Shown piece by piece: positions 51,756 to 62,769 of a stretch of DNA of 64,000 nucleotides. Origin of the DNA: Mobula birostris (lineage: Eukaryota); NCBI RefSeq assembly GCF_030028105.1, contig NC_092379.1, positions 28,575,821 to 28,639,820 of the forward strand, read 5' to 3'. The position numbers and the translations under genes were made by a program. The notes beneath the pieces were generated by a model, which was given only the letters and a program-made list of their open reading frames with translations, searched no databases and had not been told where the DNA came from. How positions within the stretch are numbered: position 1 is the first letter of the stretch; every line of letters starts with the position of its first letter.

Positions 51756-52658
51756 TAAATCAATTAAACAGATCATGATTTGAAGACGTTACTGCGATAT
51801 AAGACAGGTGATTCAATTAAGGACTAGCAGTGACTTTCTGGGAGACTCTGTACTTTCGTTTCGAAGTATGTTCGCCTTTTACTTCTAAAATAGGTCATGA
51901 GAATGGACTGACGTTTATTGACTCATTTCTTCTCTTCCTATTCTCTCTCTCTCTCTCCCTCTCTCTCTCTCTGACTCTCTCTCTCTCTCTGTCGCTGTCC
52001 CAGTCACCCTTCCCTCCCCCCACCCCCTCATTCCAACCGCTATCATTTTTATTTCGTTTCGGCTTTCTACTGTATTTTCCTTTCTCCTTCACTGTCTGAT
52101 GTCTCTCACTGTCTCACTTCATCTCGCTTACGTCCGCCTCTCTATGTCCTCATCCTATTCGACTCTCTCAGTTTCTCTCTGTCACTGTCAAGTCCTCTTT
52201 CTAATTCCTGCATTCTCTATCCTGCCTTAAGATCTTTCCCATCCACCTCTCCGCAGCCCCTTTCCCAGATGCTGAAAACGGCCCCAGATAAATAAGTAAC
52301 AATATAAAATTGTGATACGAAAATTTGTTTCCAGCGGATGATGTCTTGCAATCCTCTCTCACAAAGAGCTGCGGAAGCAGTGATTTCCTGTAAAACACAG
52401 AGATTATGTTTACATCGTCAAGAACTCCAGGATATCTGCAAGCTTCTGTAAAATATAAACAGAGAATTTTGAGGGGTCTCAGATAGTTTGGTCTTTCTCT
52501 ATTCGCCTTTGAATGTAAACGTGGAACTAGTCCTGGTTACGGCGACAACTACTCCTTATTCGAGTATCCAATGTCCACGTCTCGCATACTTACAAAACAG
52601 AGTAGGGAGATACTGCAACAATGTTTTACGGAAAGGGAAATCCTGACCACAAAGATAA

Positions 52659-53857
52659 AGGCTACGTCCTCACTAGACCGGATAATTTTGAAAACAACAG
52701 GCGTCCACACTAGGCGTTTATCAAAATATCTGTACACACTGAAACGGATATTTGGGCGATACTACTCCACTGTGCAAGCGCAGAGCCATCTACAGAAAAC
52801 AAGCGAAGAGGAAACGGGTTAATATTTACGTTTCCGCGGCGGCGTTGTGCTATTTTCATTGCTGAAAAACTAGAGTACCAGTAACACCAGCGAAAGAAAG
52901 TTTTCAGCAATGTCTTCGAGGAATACAAAGAAAACCTCTGCTGGGAAAATCAGACCGGACTTCTTTGTTTAGACAGACAATGAAGTCGAGCTGTTTCTCC
53001 GAGTTACAAACGACTACGCAGTCAGCAAAGCAGTGGAGATGTTTAATTCCGAACAAACTATTAACGTAGACAATAAAGTAAACAACACACGCATGAAACC
53101 GTCCTCTACCCATGATCAACAAGATCAACAATTACAAAATGTTAAATGGTCAACACGACATAGAGTACCAATCCCACATCAAACCCAAACCAATTAGGAG
53201 CAGAAGAGGGCATTCAACTGAATTTGAAATACTAACTACCAAGTAGATGTGTGCAGAATTTCATTTTTCCCCCGTACAATGAAAGCATGGAATAACCTTA
53301 ATCCGAAAACAGTCACACAACCAAACCAAATTAAATTTAAGGCAGCTTTTCTTCTTCAAAAATCTACTTTTAAAGCCCACTCTCCGCCACCTCCAGTTTA
53401 AATTCCATGCGGAATATCTTGGAGGATCAAGAACCAAGAGAGTGGAATCTTCCGCCGGTAGACCTGCGCAGTATTTCTGACAGTAATATTTTTAAAGGTA
53501 GACTCAATCAAATCAATTTAGGGGATCTAGTCAAAAAAGCTCACTTTACAATTTAGCTCTCACTCCGTTCACACCACACCGACTGCACGTTATAACAACT
53601 GCCCGGCAGTGCTTGCGCAGTAGCAAGCAGAAGCAGGAAAAAAAACATTGTTGTGGTGGTGTTGTCATGAAACGTTTCACTACCCGGTTCTCACTACAAC
53701 GCGAAACACTTGTTTTCAAATTTACACACCCTGGAGAGTGTTTTTCTAAAATCTCCGTTTTCGGCGGATGAAAACGCCGTTTCAGTGAGACGGAGGGACA
53801 AAGCGAAAAGAAAAATCTTCGTTTTCAAAATTATCCGGCGTAGTGTGCACGTAGCCT
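52659..53857. mobile_element. PIF/Harbinger-type non-autonomous DNA transposon with a nested LINE 3' fragment
   Basis: ~37-bp TIRs AGGCTACGTCCTCACTAGACCGGATAATTTTGAAAAC and GTTTTCAAAATTATCCGGCGTAGTGTGCACGTAGCCT, flanked by TAA/TAG. The internal piece at ~53135-53430 translates RRGHSTEFEI...SFFPRTMKAWNNL (LINE RT tail). Confidence 0.8.
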
Positions 53858-54050
53858 TAGGGTGAGGTGGATGTTCTTTCACCAGAATATCGGGCATGTT
53901 TGATGTTTTATGAGCTATGTTTGCTTGTCTGCTGAAGAAATAGCGGTGATCGAGCAGTTTCGATCTGTATTGGAGATCACAGGGATAGGTGATGCTGGTG
54001 TAAATCAGTGTGACTATTGAGAGGGCAATGTGAATATTGAGAGCACAATG

Positions 54051-54326
54051 GGCTGAAAGGCACAAAGCTAAACGATGGAATCCGGAAGAGTCTCGGAAAT
54101 ATATAAATGATACTGCTGGCCAGCTTTGTTCAGAGAACCTGAAATCCTGAACGGAATGCCTTCAGATTGAACCGCGTTTCCATTCCAGAATAGTATCAAC
54201 AATTTTTTTCGAGATTTTCCAGGACGTTACCAGTTTCCGAGTAGCTGCATCTCAGTGACACTGTCACTTCTTCATCAATCATTAATTCCGGTCAATCCTG
54301 AATCACAGAGTTTGCCCCACTTGTAT
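54051..54326 (-). pseudogene. V exon of a D-related pseudogene whose leader lies at 60593-60548
   Basis: Acceptor AG at 54328-54327. Reads DTSGANSVIQD*PELMIDEEVTVSLRCSYSETGN...PDSIV*LCAFQ. Decayed 23-RSS with CATTGTG (54050-54044) and TCAATAGTC (54020-54012). Confidence 0.85.
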
Positions 54327-55083
54327 CTGTAATGTTACATGCTCAAGGAGATATGTAATAGTCTTTTGGAGGTCACCTGATGTGATTTTCTCGCCGATGT
54401 GAGGTCACGTGATGACATGTGCCCCGTGACTATATATGGGCCGACCCAGGTGACGCAGGAGTCTTTCTTTTAGTGTGTAGATTTCCAGGTAGAACGTGCT
54501 GTATCCCCGTTTCTGTTGCGTGTTTGTTTTTGGTGACGTAGTTTTATTTTTAAAACGGAGTGTGCGTTCTGTTGCAAAATAGCAAACTGGACTATTTTGC
54601 TAGATGTGTTGATTTAATCAATTCCAACATTAGAAGGGAGAGTGAAGATTTTATCGAAGTTACAGGATCGAAGGACCAAAAGGAGTCGGCATCATTTGGA
54701 AGTTCAATAAAGGATCTACCTTATTGAGTCTTCGTTGGAGGAGTAGCTACCTGCATCGAGATAACTCTTGCCAAAAAGAGCAAGGAGTTCATGCAAAAAA
54801 GTGCTCTCTCTCTCTAAAGCAATTTAAGGTCAGTTGATTTAAATTGTTTTTTTTCGGCATCGTGAATCCTGTGGACAGAACCAGCAGGAAAGTTGCGTCT
54901 GTGAAGAAATCCTTCTCCAGAGAAGTCTCTGCCAATTGAACGTGTAATTCTGTTGGACTTCCGAAGTTTAAGTTTTTATTTATTTTTTCCTTATCGTTTA
55001 TCCGTGTTTCATAAATGTTTGATGGGTTTTATATAACCTGTCTCGATTGATATTCATTGTTGCCGTTTACGTAACTTAAACAG

Positions 55084-55100
55084 TGGGGCTCGGTCCGGAT
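55084..55100 (+). other. Primer-binding site, tRNA-Pro-like
   Basis: TGGGGCTCGGTCCGGAT, close to the canonical PBS-Pro TGGGGGCTCGTCCGGGAT, just after the 5' LTR. Confidence 0.7.
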
Positions 55101-55721
55101 ATGTTCCGATTTTGAGTTTAAGTGCTGGTAATTGCCATTTTGATTTGGAAAATTTGGAAAACTGACCCGATTTTTTTTTTGATTGGTGTGCGTGTTTTTT
55201 TCGGCAAACAATAGATATTAACGGGTTTTTGTATACGCCTGATTCGAGATCTTTAGAGAATGCCAGAAAACCTGAGGTATTCGAGATTTCAAGGAAGTTG
55301 GGTATTAAAGGAATTACGAGAAATTCTACGAAGGCTTTCATACAAAGAAAAATCGCTGAACGTTATATGAATTTGGAATTGTCTGATGCTGAGGTGTTAG
55401 AGCAGTTTCCACTGAGTATTCTGGAAATGCAGTTGCATCTTCAACAGTTAAAGTTTGAAAGATTTAATGTGGAAATGATAGAGAGAGAAGCTGAAAACCA
55501 GAGGAAGTTTGAGCTAGAGATAGAGAAAATAAGGTCTGTGAGTCAGTCTTCTGGTTCTACGGAACAGGTTATTGCTAGTCTTGAGTTATTTTGGCTCCTC
55601 CATTTAATGAAGCTGATGTGGACACTTATTTCCAACATTTCGAAATAGTTGCTCTGCGTTTAGGGTGGCCGAAAGACCACTGACCTGTGATGTTACAAAG
55701 TGTATTTATAGGCAAGGCACA

Positions 55722-57750
55722 ACGAGGGGGAGGGATGGAGCCAAGAGCTGGACAGGTGATTGGTAAAGGGGATATGATAGGATCATGGGACAGAAGGTCC
55801 GGGAAGAAAGACAACGGGGGGGGGGTACCCAGAGGATGGGCAAGGAGTATATTCAGAGGGACAGAGGGATAAAAAAGAGAGTAAGAGAAAGAATGTGTAT
55901 ATAAAAATAAGTACCAGATGGGGTACGAGGGGCAGGTGGGGCATTAGCGGAAGTTAGAGAAGTCGATGTTCATGCCATCAGGTTGGAGGCTACCCAGACG
56001 GAATATAAGGTGTTGTTCCTCCAACCTGAGTGTGACCTCATCTTTACAGTAGAGGTGGCCGTGGATAGACATGTCAGAATGGGAATGGGATGTGGAATTA
56101 AAATGTGTGGCCACTGGGAGATCCTGCTTTCTCTGGCGGACAGAGCGTAGGTGTTCAGCAAAGCGGTCTCCCAGTCTGCATCGGGTCTCGCCAATATATA
56201 AAAGGCCACATCGGGAGCACCGGACGCAGTATATCACCCCAGTCGACTCACAGGTGAAGTGTTGCCTCACCTGGAAGGACTGTTTGGGGCCCTGAATGGT
56301 GGTAAGGGAGGAAGCGTGTAGCACTTGTTCCGCTTACATGGATAAGTGCCAGGAGGGAGATCAGTAGGGAGGGATGGGGGTGACGAATGGACAAGGGAGT
56401 CGCGTAGGGAGCGATATCTGCGGAATGCAGAGAAAGGGGGGGAAGGGGAGATGAGCTTAGTAGTGGAATCCCGTTGGAGGTGGCGGATGTTACGGAGAAT
56501 AATATGTTGGACCCGGAGGCTGGTGGGGTGGTAGGTGAGGACTAGGGAAACCCTATTCCTATTGGTGTGGCAGGAGGATGGAGTGAGAGCAGATGTACGT
56601 GAAATGGGGGAGATGCACTTAAGAAGAGTTGATAGTGGAGGAAGGGAAGCTCCTTTCTTTAAAAAAGGAAGACATCTCCCTCGTCCTAGAATGAAAAGCC
56701 TCATCCTGAGAGCACATGCGGCGGAGACGGAGGAATTGCGATAAGGGGGTGGCGTTTTTGCAAGAGACAGGGTGAGAAGAGGAATAGTCCAGATAGCTGT
56801 GAGAGTCAGTAGGCTTATAGTAGACATCAGTGGATAAGCTGTCTCCAGAGATAGAGAAAGAAAGATCTAGAAAGAGGAGGGAGGTGTCGGAAATGGACCA
56901 GGTAAACTTGAGGGCAGGGTGAAAGTTGCAGGCAAAGTTAATAAATTCAACGAGCTCTGCATGCGTGCAGGAAGCAGCGCCAATGCAGTCGTCGATGTAG
57001 CGAAGGAAAAGTGGGGGACAGATACCAGAATAGGTATGGAACATAGATTGTTCCACAAACCCAACAAAAAGGCAGGCATAGCTAGGACCCATAAGGGTGC
57101 CCATAGCTACACCTTTAGTTAGGAGGAAATGGAAGGAGCCAAAGGAGAAATTATTAAGAGTAAGGACTAATTCCGCTAGACGGAGCAGAGTGGTGGTAGA
57201 CGGGAACTGATTAGGTCTGGAATACAAAAAGAAGCGTAGAACTTTGAGACCTTCCTGATGGGAGATGGAAGGATGGGTAGCCTCCAACCTGATGGCATGA
57301 ACATCGACTTCTCTAACTTCCGTTAATGCCCCACCTCCCCCTCGTACCCCATCTGGTACTTATTTTTATACACACATTCTTTCTCTCAATCTCTTTTTTC
57401 TCCCTCTGTCCCCCTGAATATACCCCTTGCCCATTCTCTGGGTACCCCTCCTTGTCTTTCTTCCCGGACATCCTGTCCCATGATCCTCTCGTATCCCTTT
57501 TACCTATCACCTGTCCAGCTCTTGGCTCCATCTCTCCCCCTCCTGTCTTCCTCTATCATTTTGGATCTCCCCCTCCCCCTCCAACTTTCAAATCCCTTAC
57601 TCACTCATCCTTCAGTTAGTCCTGACGAAGGGTCTCAGTCTGAAACGTCGACTGCATCTCTTCCTAGAGATGCTGCCTGACCTGCTGCGTTCACCAGCAA
57701 CCTTTATGTGTGTTGCTTAAGTTTCCAGCAACTGCAGAATTCCTGTTGTT
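55722..57750 (-). mobile_element. Penelope-like element (RT plus GIY-YIG) with an inverted pseudo-LTR
   Basis: RT (NNFSF..KGVAMGTLMGPSYA, FLRYIDDCIG), Cys linker PCKRNKC and GIY-YIG (GVIYCVRCSRCGLLYIGET, EEQHLIFRLGSLQPDGMN). 57274-57545 is an inverted copy of 55722-55997. Confidence 0.93.
57618..57653 (+). ncRNA. Minimal type I hammerhead ribozyme motif in the Penelope pseudo-LTR
   Basis: AGTC-CTGACGA-agggtctcagtct-GAAAC-GTC-GACT: stem I AGTC/GACT and a palindromic ACGT stem III. Stem II is weakened relative to the GGCCC version in other copies. Confidence 0.6.
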
Positions 57751-60547
57751 TTAGTAATTTTATGTCTGGGTTATTTCAGCAGATAGTTTATAAACTCGGA
57801 GCAAAATAGATTGTTTCCTCAGCCTATCATCCAGAATCACAAGGAGCCTTGGAGAAATTTCATTCTACATTAAAAACTATGATTAGGATATATTGTGTAG
57901 AAAATGAAAAGGAATGGGATGAAGGTATACATTTACTACTTTTTGCAGTAAGGGAGGCCGTACAGGAATCATTAGGTTTTAGTCCTTTTGAACTTGGGTT
58001 TGAACATAGAGTTCGAGGACCTTTGGCTTTGTTGAAGGAACAGTGGATTAATAAGGAAGTACAGACTAGTTTGCTAGATTATGTTTTGAAATTTAAAGAC
58101 AGATTGTACAAAGTTTGTAGCTTGGCAAAAGAAAATATAAATTCGCTCAAGAGAAGATGAAGACGTGGCATGATAAGGAAGGTAGGACGAGGTCATTTAA
58201 GCCTGGAGGTAAGGAGTTGGTTCTTTTCCCAGTGCTAACGAACCCATTACAAGCCAAATTCCATGGTCCTTATGAGATTAAATCTAAGGTAAATGATGTG
58301 GATTATGCTGTAAAAACCCCAGATCGGAGAAAGACAACACAGCTGTGTCATATAAATATGATAAAACCGTATTATGAGGAGAAGTTTCTACTATGGCTGT
58401 TGTGGTCAATAATAAGTCTGATCTTGATGAGAACTTTATAGAGGAGTCATCTGAAGCGTATTTTAAACCCAACATTATTGCAGCCAGGTTACGAAATTCA
58501 AAAATTCTGGAAAATATTGATAAAAAAAATAGCTCATTTACAGCCGGAGCAGAAAGAGCAGATGAAACAGTCATTTTTTAAGTATAGAGATTTATTTCCA
58601 GACATCCCTAGAACAACCACCGTAGCTACACATGATGCAGATGTTGTAGATGCCAAACCCATAAAACAGCATCCATATAGAATGAACAGGGAAAAATGTG
58701 AACTTGCTGAACAAGAAATTAAGTATATGTTACAGAATGATATTATTAGACATTCCAATTCGATTTGGAGTTCACTATGTGTTATAGTGCCTAGGCCGGA
58801 CAATAGTATTAGGTTTTGTACAGATTACAGAAATGTGAATGCTGTGACAAAAAAAAACGGATGCATATCCAATCCCTAGAGTAGATGATTGTGTGGATAA
58901 AGTTGGACAGGCCAAATTCCTGACAAAAAATGATTTGTTGAAAAGTTCTTGGTCTGTTCCATTGACGGATAGAGGTAGAGAGATTTCAGCATTTGTAACC
59001 CCATCTGGGTTATATGAATATAATGTTCTTCCATTTGGGATGGAGAATGCACCAGGTAATTTTCAGAGGATGATAAATGGCGTGATTCAGATAAAAAGAT
59101 ACAGATGCCTAGGTTGATGATTTAGTACAGCGAATAATACGTGAAAGCATATGTTACGGCGGTGGAGAAATTATTTGAGAGACTTTCAAAAGCTAACTTA
59201 ACGACTAACTTAGCTGAAAGTGAATTTGGTAATGCCACTGTGACAGTTAAGGAAAAAGGTTAGGGCATTTGGACTCCAATTTAATACCACAGCTTAATGT
59301 TACAAGATTACAATATTTTGATCACTCATATTAAGGGTAAAGATAATATGATCACAGATTGTCTATCTAGGTGTTAAGTGGACGATAATAATTTGTTTTT
59401 TTTTTGAGTGATGTTTTAACATTTGTAACACTCCTACGGTACATTAGTTTGTAAAGGGCTGAAAGATAAGATTGTATGTATTCTGTACTTTGTAAATGTT
59501 ATACCTTTTATTATTTTTGTAAAAATTGTTAACATTTTTTTCTTCAAGAAACCAATTATTTTTTTCGAGGGAGGTGTTACATGCTTAACGCGATCTGTTT
59601 TTTTTTAGTGAGAATGATGTAATTGTCTTTTGGAGGTCACCTGATGTGATTTTCCCGCCGATGTGAGGACACGTGATGACATGTGCCCTGTGACTATATA
59701 AGGGTCGACCCAGGTGACACAGGGGTGTTTTTTTTAGTTTGTAGACTTCCAGGTAGAACGTGCTGTATCTCCGTTTCTGTTGCGTGTTTGCTTTTGGTGA
59801 CGCAGTTTCGTTTTTAAAACGGAGTGTGCGTTCTGTTGCAAAATAGCAAACTGGACTATTTTGCTAGATGTGTTGATTTAATCAATTCCAACATTAGAAG
59901 GGAGAGTGAAGAATTTATCGAAGTTACAGGATCGATGGATCGAGAGTAGTCGGTATCGTTTGGCAGTTTACTAAAGGATCGACCTTATCGAGTCTTCGTT
60001 GGAGGATTAGCTACCTGCATCGAGATAACTCTTGCCAAACAGAGCAAGGAGTTCATGCAAAAAGGTGTTCTCTCTCTCTAAAAGAATTTAAAGTCAGTTG
60101 ATTTAAACTGTTTATTTTTTGCATCGTGAATCCTGTGGATAGAACCAGCAGTAAACTTGCGTCTGTGAAGAAATCCTTCTCCAGAGAAGTCTCTCCCAAT
60201 TGAACGTGTAAATCGGTTGGACTTTCGAAGTTATCGCTTTACGAACTATATTTGACTTTAACGCTTTAAGAACTGTTTTCCCATTTAACGCTTTAAGAAC
60301 CAGAGCCGAGTGGCGAGTTGGTGAACGGCTGCATATCTGTTAACTTCCGGTTAAAGTTTTCGTTTGTTTTTTTTTCCTTATCGTTTATCCGTGTTTAATA
60401 AATGTTTGGTTATTTTTTATATAACCTGTTTCGATCGATATTTATTGTTACCGTTTACGTAACAGTAAAAACTCCCAGAGTCTGTGAGCGGAGCCGAATC
60501 GCACTGACCACGTAGGACAAGCGCTATCCAATTAGGCCGAGACACGC

Positions 60548-60593
60548 CAGGGAGAGCGGCCGTTAGGATCATCGACCAACACAGGGGAAATAT
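60548..60593 (-). pseudogene. Leader exon separated from its V exon by the LTR element
   Basis: (ATA)FPLCWSMILTAALP-G, 46 nt, with a GC donor. The intron resembles family D introns and runs into the LTR end at 60464. Confidence 0.75.
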
Positions 60594-62458
60594 GCTGTCT
60601 GCATTACAATCAATAATAGGGTTTTATGAAATTGTTACTGGAGAGAAGGTAACAGGTTCAGTTCAGGGGCAGAAGGGACTCAGGTGGACCTAGAAAGAAT
60701 GTCTTTCGCAACTCATGTGTCACTTACTTAAGGTGTAGGATTATGGAATCAATCATTACAATTATGTGTTCACAGAATCTCTCAGTTTCCCACTCATGAT
60801 CCCTCTCGGCGATCTTCTTCTTGTAGTTTGAATCTTTCCCACACTGGCCCTCCTTGCCTTGTTTCTGTCCCGTTGTTAACTTCTCACCTGTTTATCACTC
60901 TTTTCTCCTTTCTTTTTCCCCTTCTCTTTTCCTTTCACAGTTTTATTATCCCTCTCTTTTATCCAATTTGCTTTTGCTTTCTTTATTCTGCTCCCTCTCT
61001 CTCTCACACACACATACGTGCACACACACATTCTCTCTCTCTACCTCTCTCTCTCTCTCTCTCACTCTCACTCTCACTCTCCCTCTCTATCGCTCGTTTG
61101 CTCTGTGCCACATGCGAGTACACATCTTGTAGAATAAAGATTATACGATGTTGAAATTCTGAAAGAGGTTGTTTACTTGTGAGGTGCCTGGAGACAATGC
61201 AGCGATTAATATCACGTAGTCAAATTGTGGGATATGTGCAGACAGCCGAACATTGGATGCTGATGTTAGAGAATGAAGATGATACCTGGAGTGGCGAAAT
61301 GGCCTGTTCTTTCTCCTCTTGCTAATGATCGTTACGCTGTAACTCATCCTGGTAACTTTGGTTAACAGTTCAGAAATTTGATCGGCTCAGCTCATTTTCT
61401 CAGTAAACAGAGCAGAAAGCATTGTGACAATAGTCAAGGGCAAAAACGAGGTCTTCGTTCTTGTGTGGTTCCGGATTTAAAAGGAAAATGGACTCCTTCT
61501 CTACGAAGCACTTTAACGGAAGCTTCATTCGGAGTGCAGTGGCTCTCCTTGGAGCAGATGGTTCAGCAGCTTCGGTGTTTATAGTGCTGAAGATGCTGTC
61601 TGCCAAAAATAAAAACATATCGATTGAACAGTTTTCATCTGTGTTGCAGAGAGAAGGATAAGCATTATTGGACATATAAAGTTTGGATGTGGCTTACACA
61701 GTGGAGCGAGGACACTTCTCCTGGCAAAAGCAGCCGGGGTATTGAGACTTCGATAGGATTGAGAGACATTGCCTTCAGAATGTGGGCTGAATATGGTGGA
61801 ATCAGAACAGGAAAGGTAGGGAACCTGCGACCAGATAGGCGATGGCTAACGGGAAGCTGGGGGGAGCGGGGTAAATAGATTATCAAGAGGAGATGGGAGT
61901 AGGAGTGGACAGAAAATAATTCACGGGGGGGGGTGGAGCGGGTTGGATGGGAGGGACTTTCTGAGGGGACTTACGATAATCGGAATGAGAGAATGGGAAC
62001 GGGATTGCCGGAACATTTGAACATTGGGAAATAAAACTTAATAAAGTCGTTTTGCAAATACCCCATGGGAAAATACAATGCAGTCCTTCCGTTTGCATTT
62101 TGCCTAGCCCTGTTGTTGGTGGAAGCCGGCAAGGTCCGACGCTCCATTTATATAAAAACGCTATCCTTTTGTGCATCTTTCGGTCATCCTCCCCTTCGAG
62201 TTCGAAACTGTAAGCAAATAAAGAAAAGCAGTAAGCAACGTCTTTTCTGAATATAGGAGTCGGGTGTTCAATCTCTCGTCCCCTAACGGTGTTGTCTTCA
62301 TAGGGCTCTCTGCTGGGAAGGTGTGAAGGTGCCTGAGTTTCGTGACTGGGCCCACTTTGATGTGGAGGATAGGTTGAGGGAACCCTCTGGTATGAGAGCT
62401 CACTGCAGTCAGGATATATATTTTTTGTCCAGATCCGCCTGCATCTTCAAAATCTGTG

Positions 62459-62741
62459 GGCTGATTTGTGCAAAGATACAGCACAGAAACCCACAGAAGA
62501 ACTCCAGAGAGAATTTCCTGCACTGGAAATCCGACATCCTAACAGGGTTGTCTTCAGTCCGAGCCACGTGTGCAAGGATGAACATTGTATTATTTTTTTT
62601 TTCTAAAGGTTCCACGATGTTGATTGATCCACAGATAAGCAATGGCAATTCCTGAGTGACTTCAGCTCAGCGAAATGCTCTGTCCTTCTTAATTAAATAA
62701 TTCCTTTCGATGTTGCGTCAACTAATCCGCCCCGTTCGTAC
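62459..62741 (-). pseudogene. TCR V pseudogene with a recognisable 23-RSS
   Basis: Reads GTNGAD*LTQHRKELFN*EGQSISLS*SHSGIAIAYLWINQHRG...LYLCTNQ. RSS is CACAGAT (62458-62452), a 23-bp spacer and ACAAAAAAT (62428-62420). The leader region is replaced by CR1. Confidence 0.85.
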
Positions 62742-62769
62742 CTCTAACAAACCCAAAGGTTGTAAGGGG

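Larger units (their letters stand above)
54333..60464 (+). mobile_element. Ty3/gypsy LTR retrotransposon of Gmr1 type (INT upstream of RT), defective
   Basis: LTRs at 54333-55076 and 59575-60464 (TGTTAC...GTAAC), TSD GTAA at 54329-54332 and 60465-60468. PBS at 55084-55100, PPT GAGGGAGG at 59567-59574. Gag at 55229-55721, integrase core plus GPY/F at 57750-58380, RT at 58560-59250 (YVDD mutated to *VDD at 59110) and the RNase H end at 59260-59377. Confidence 0.93.

Noticed and set aside
62065-62250. Signal-peptide-like ORF MGKYNAVLPFAFCLALLLVEAG
   Set aside because: No convincing downstream exon. It lies in the flank of a minus-strand V pseudogene and is probably chance.
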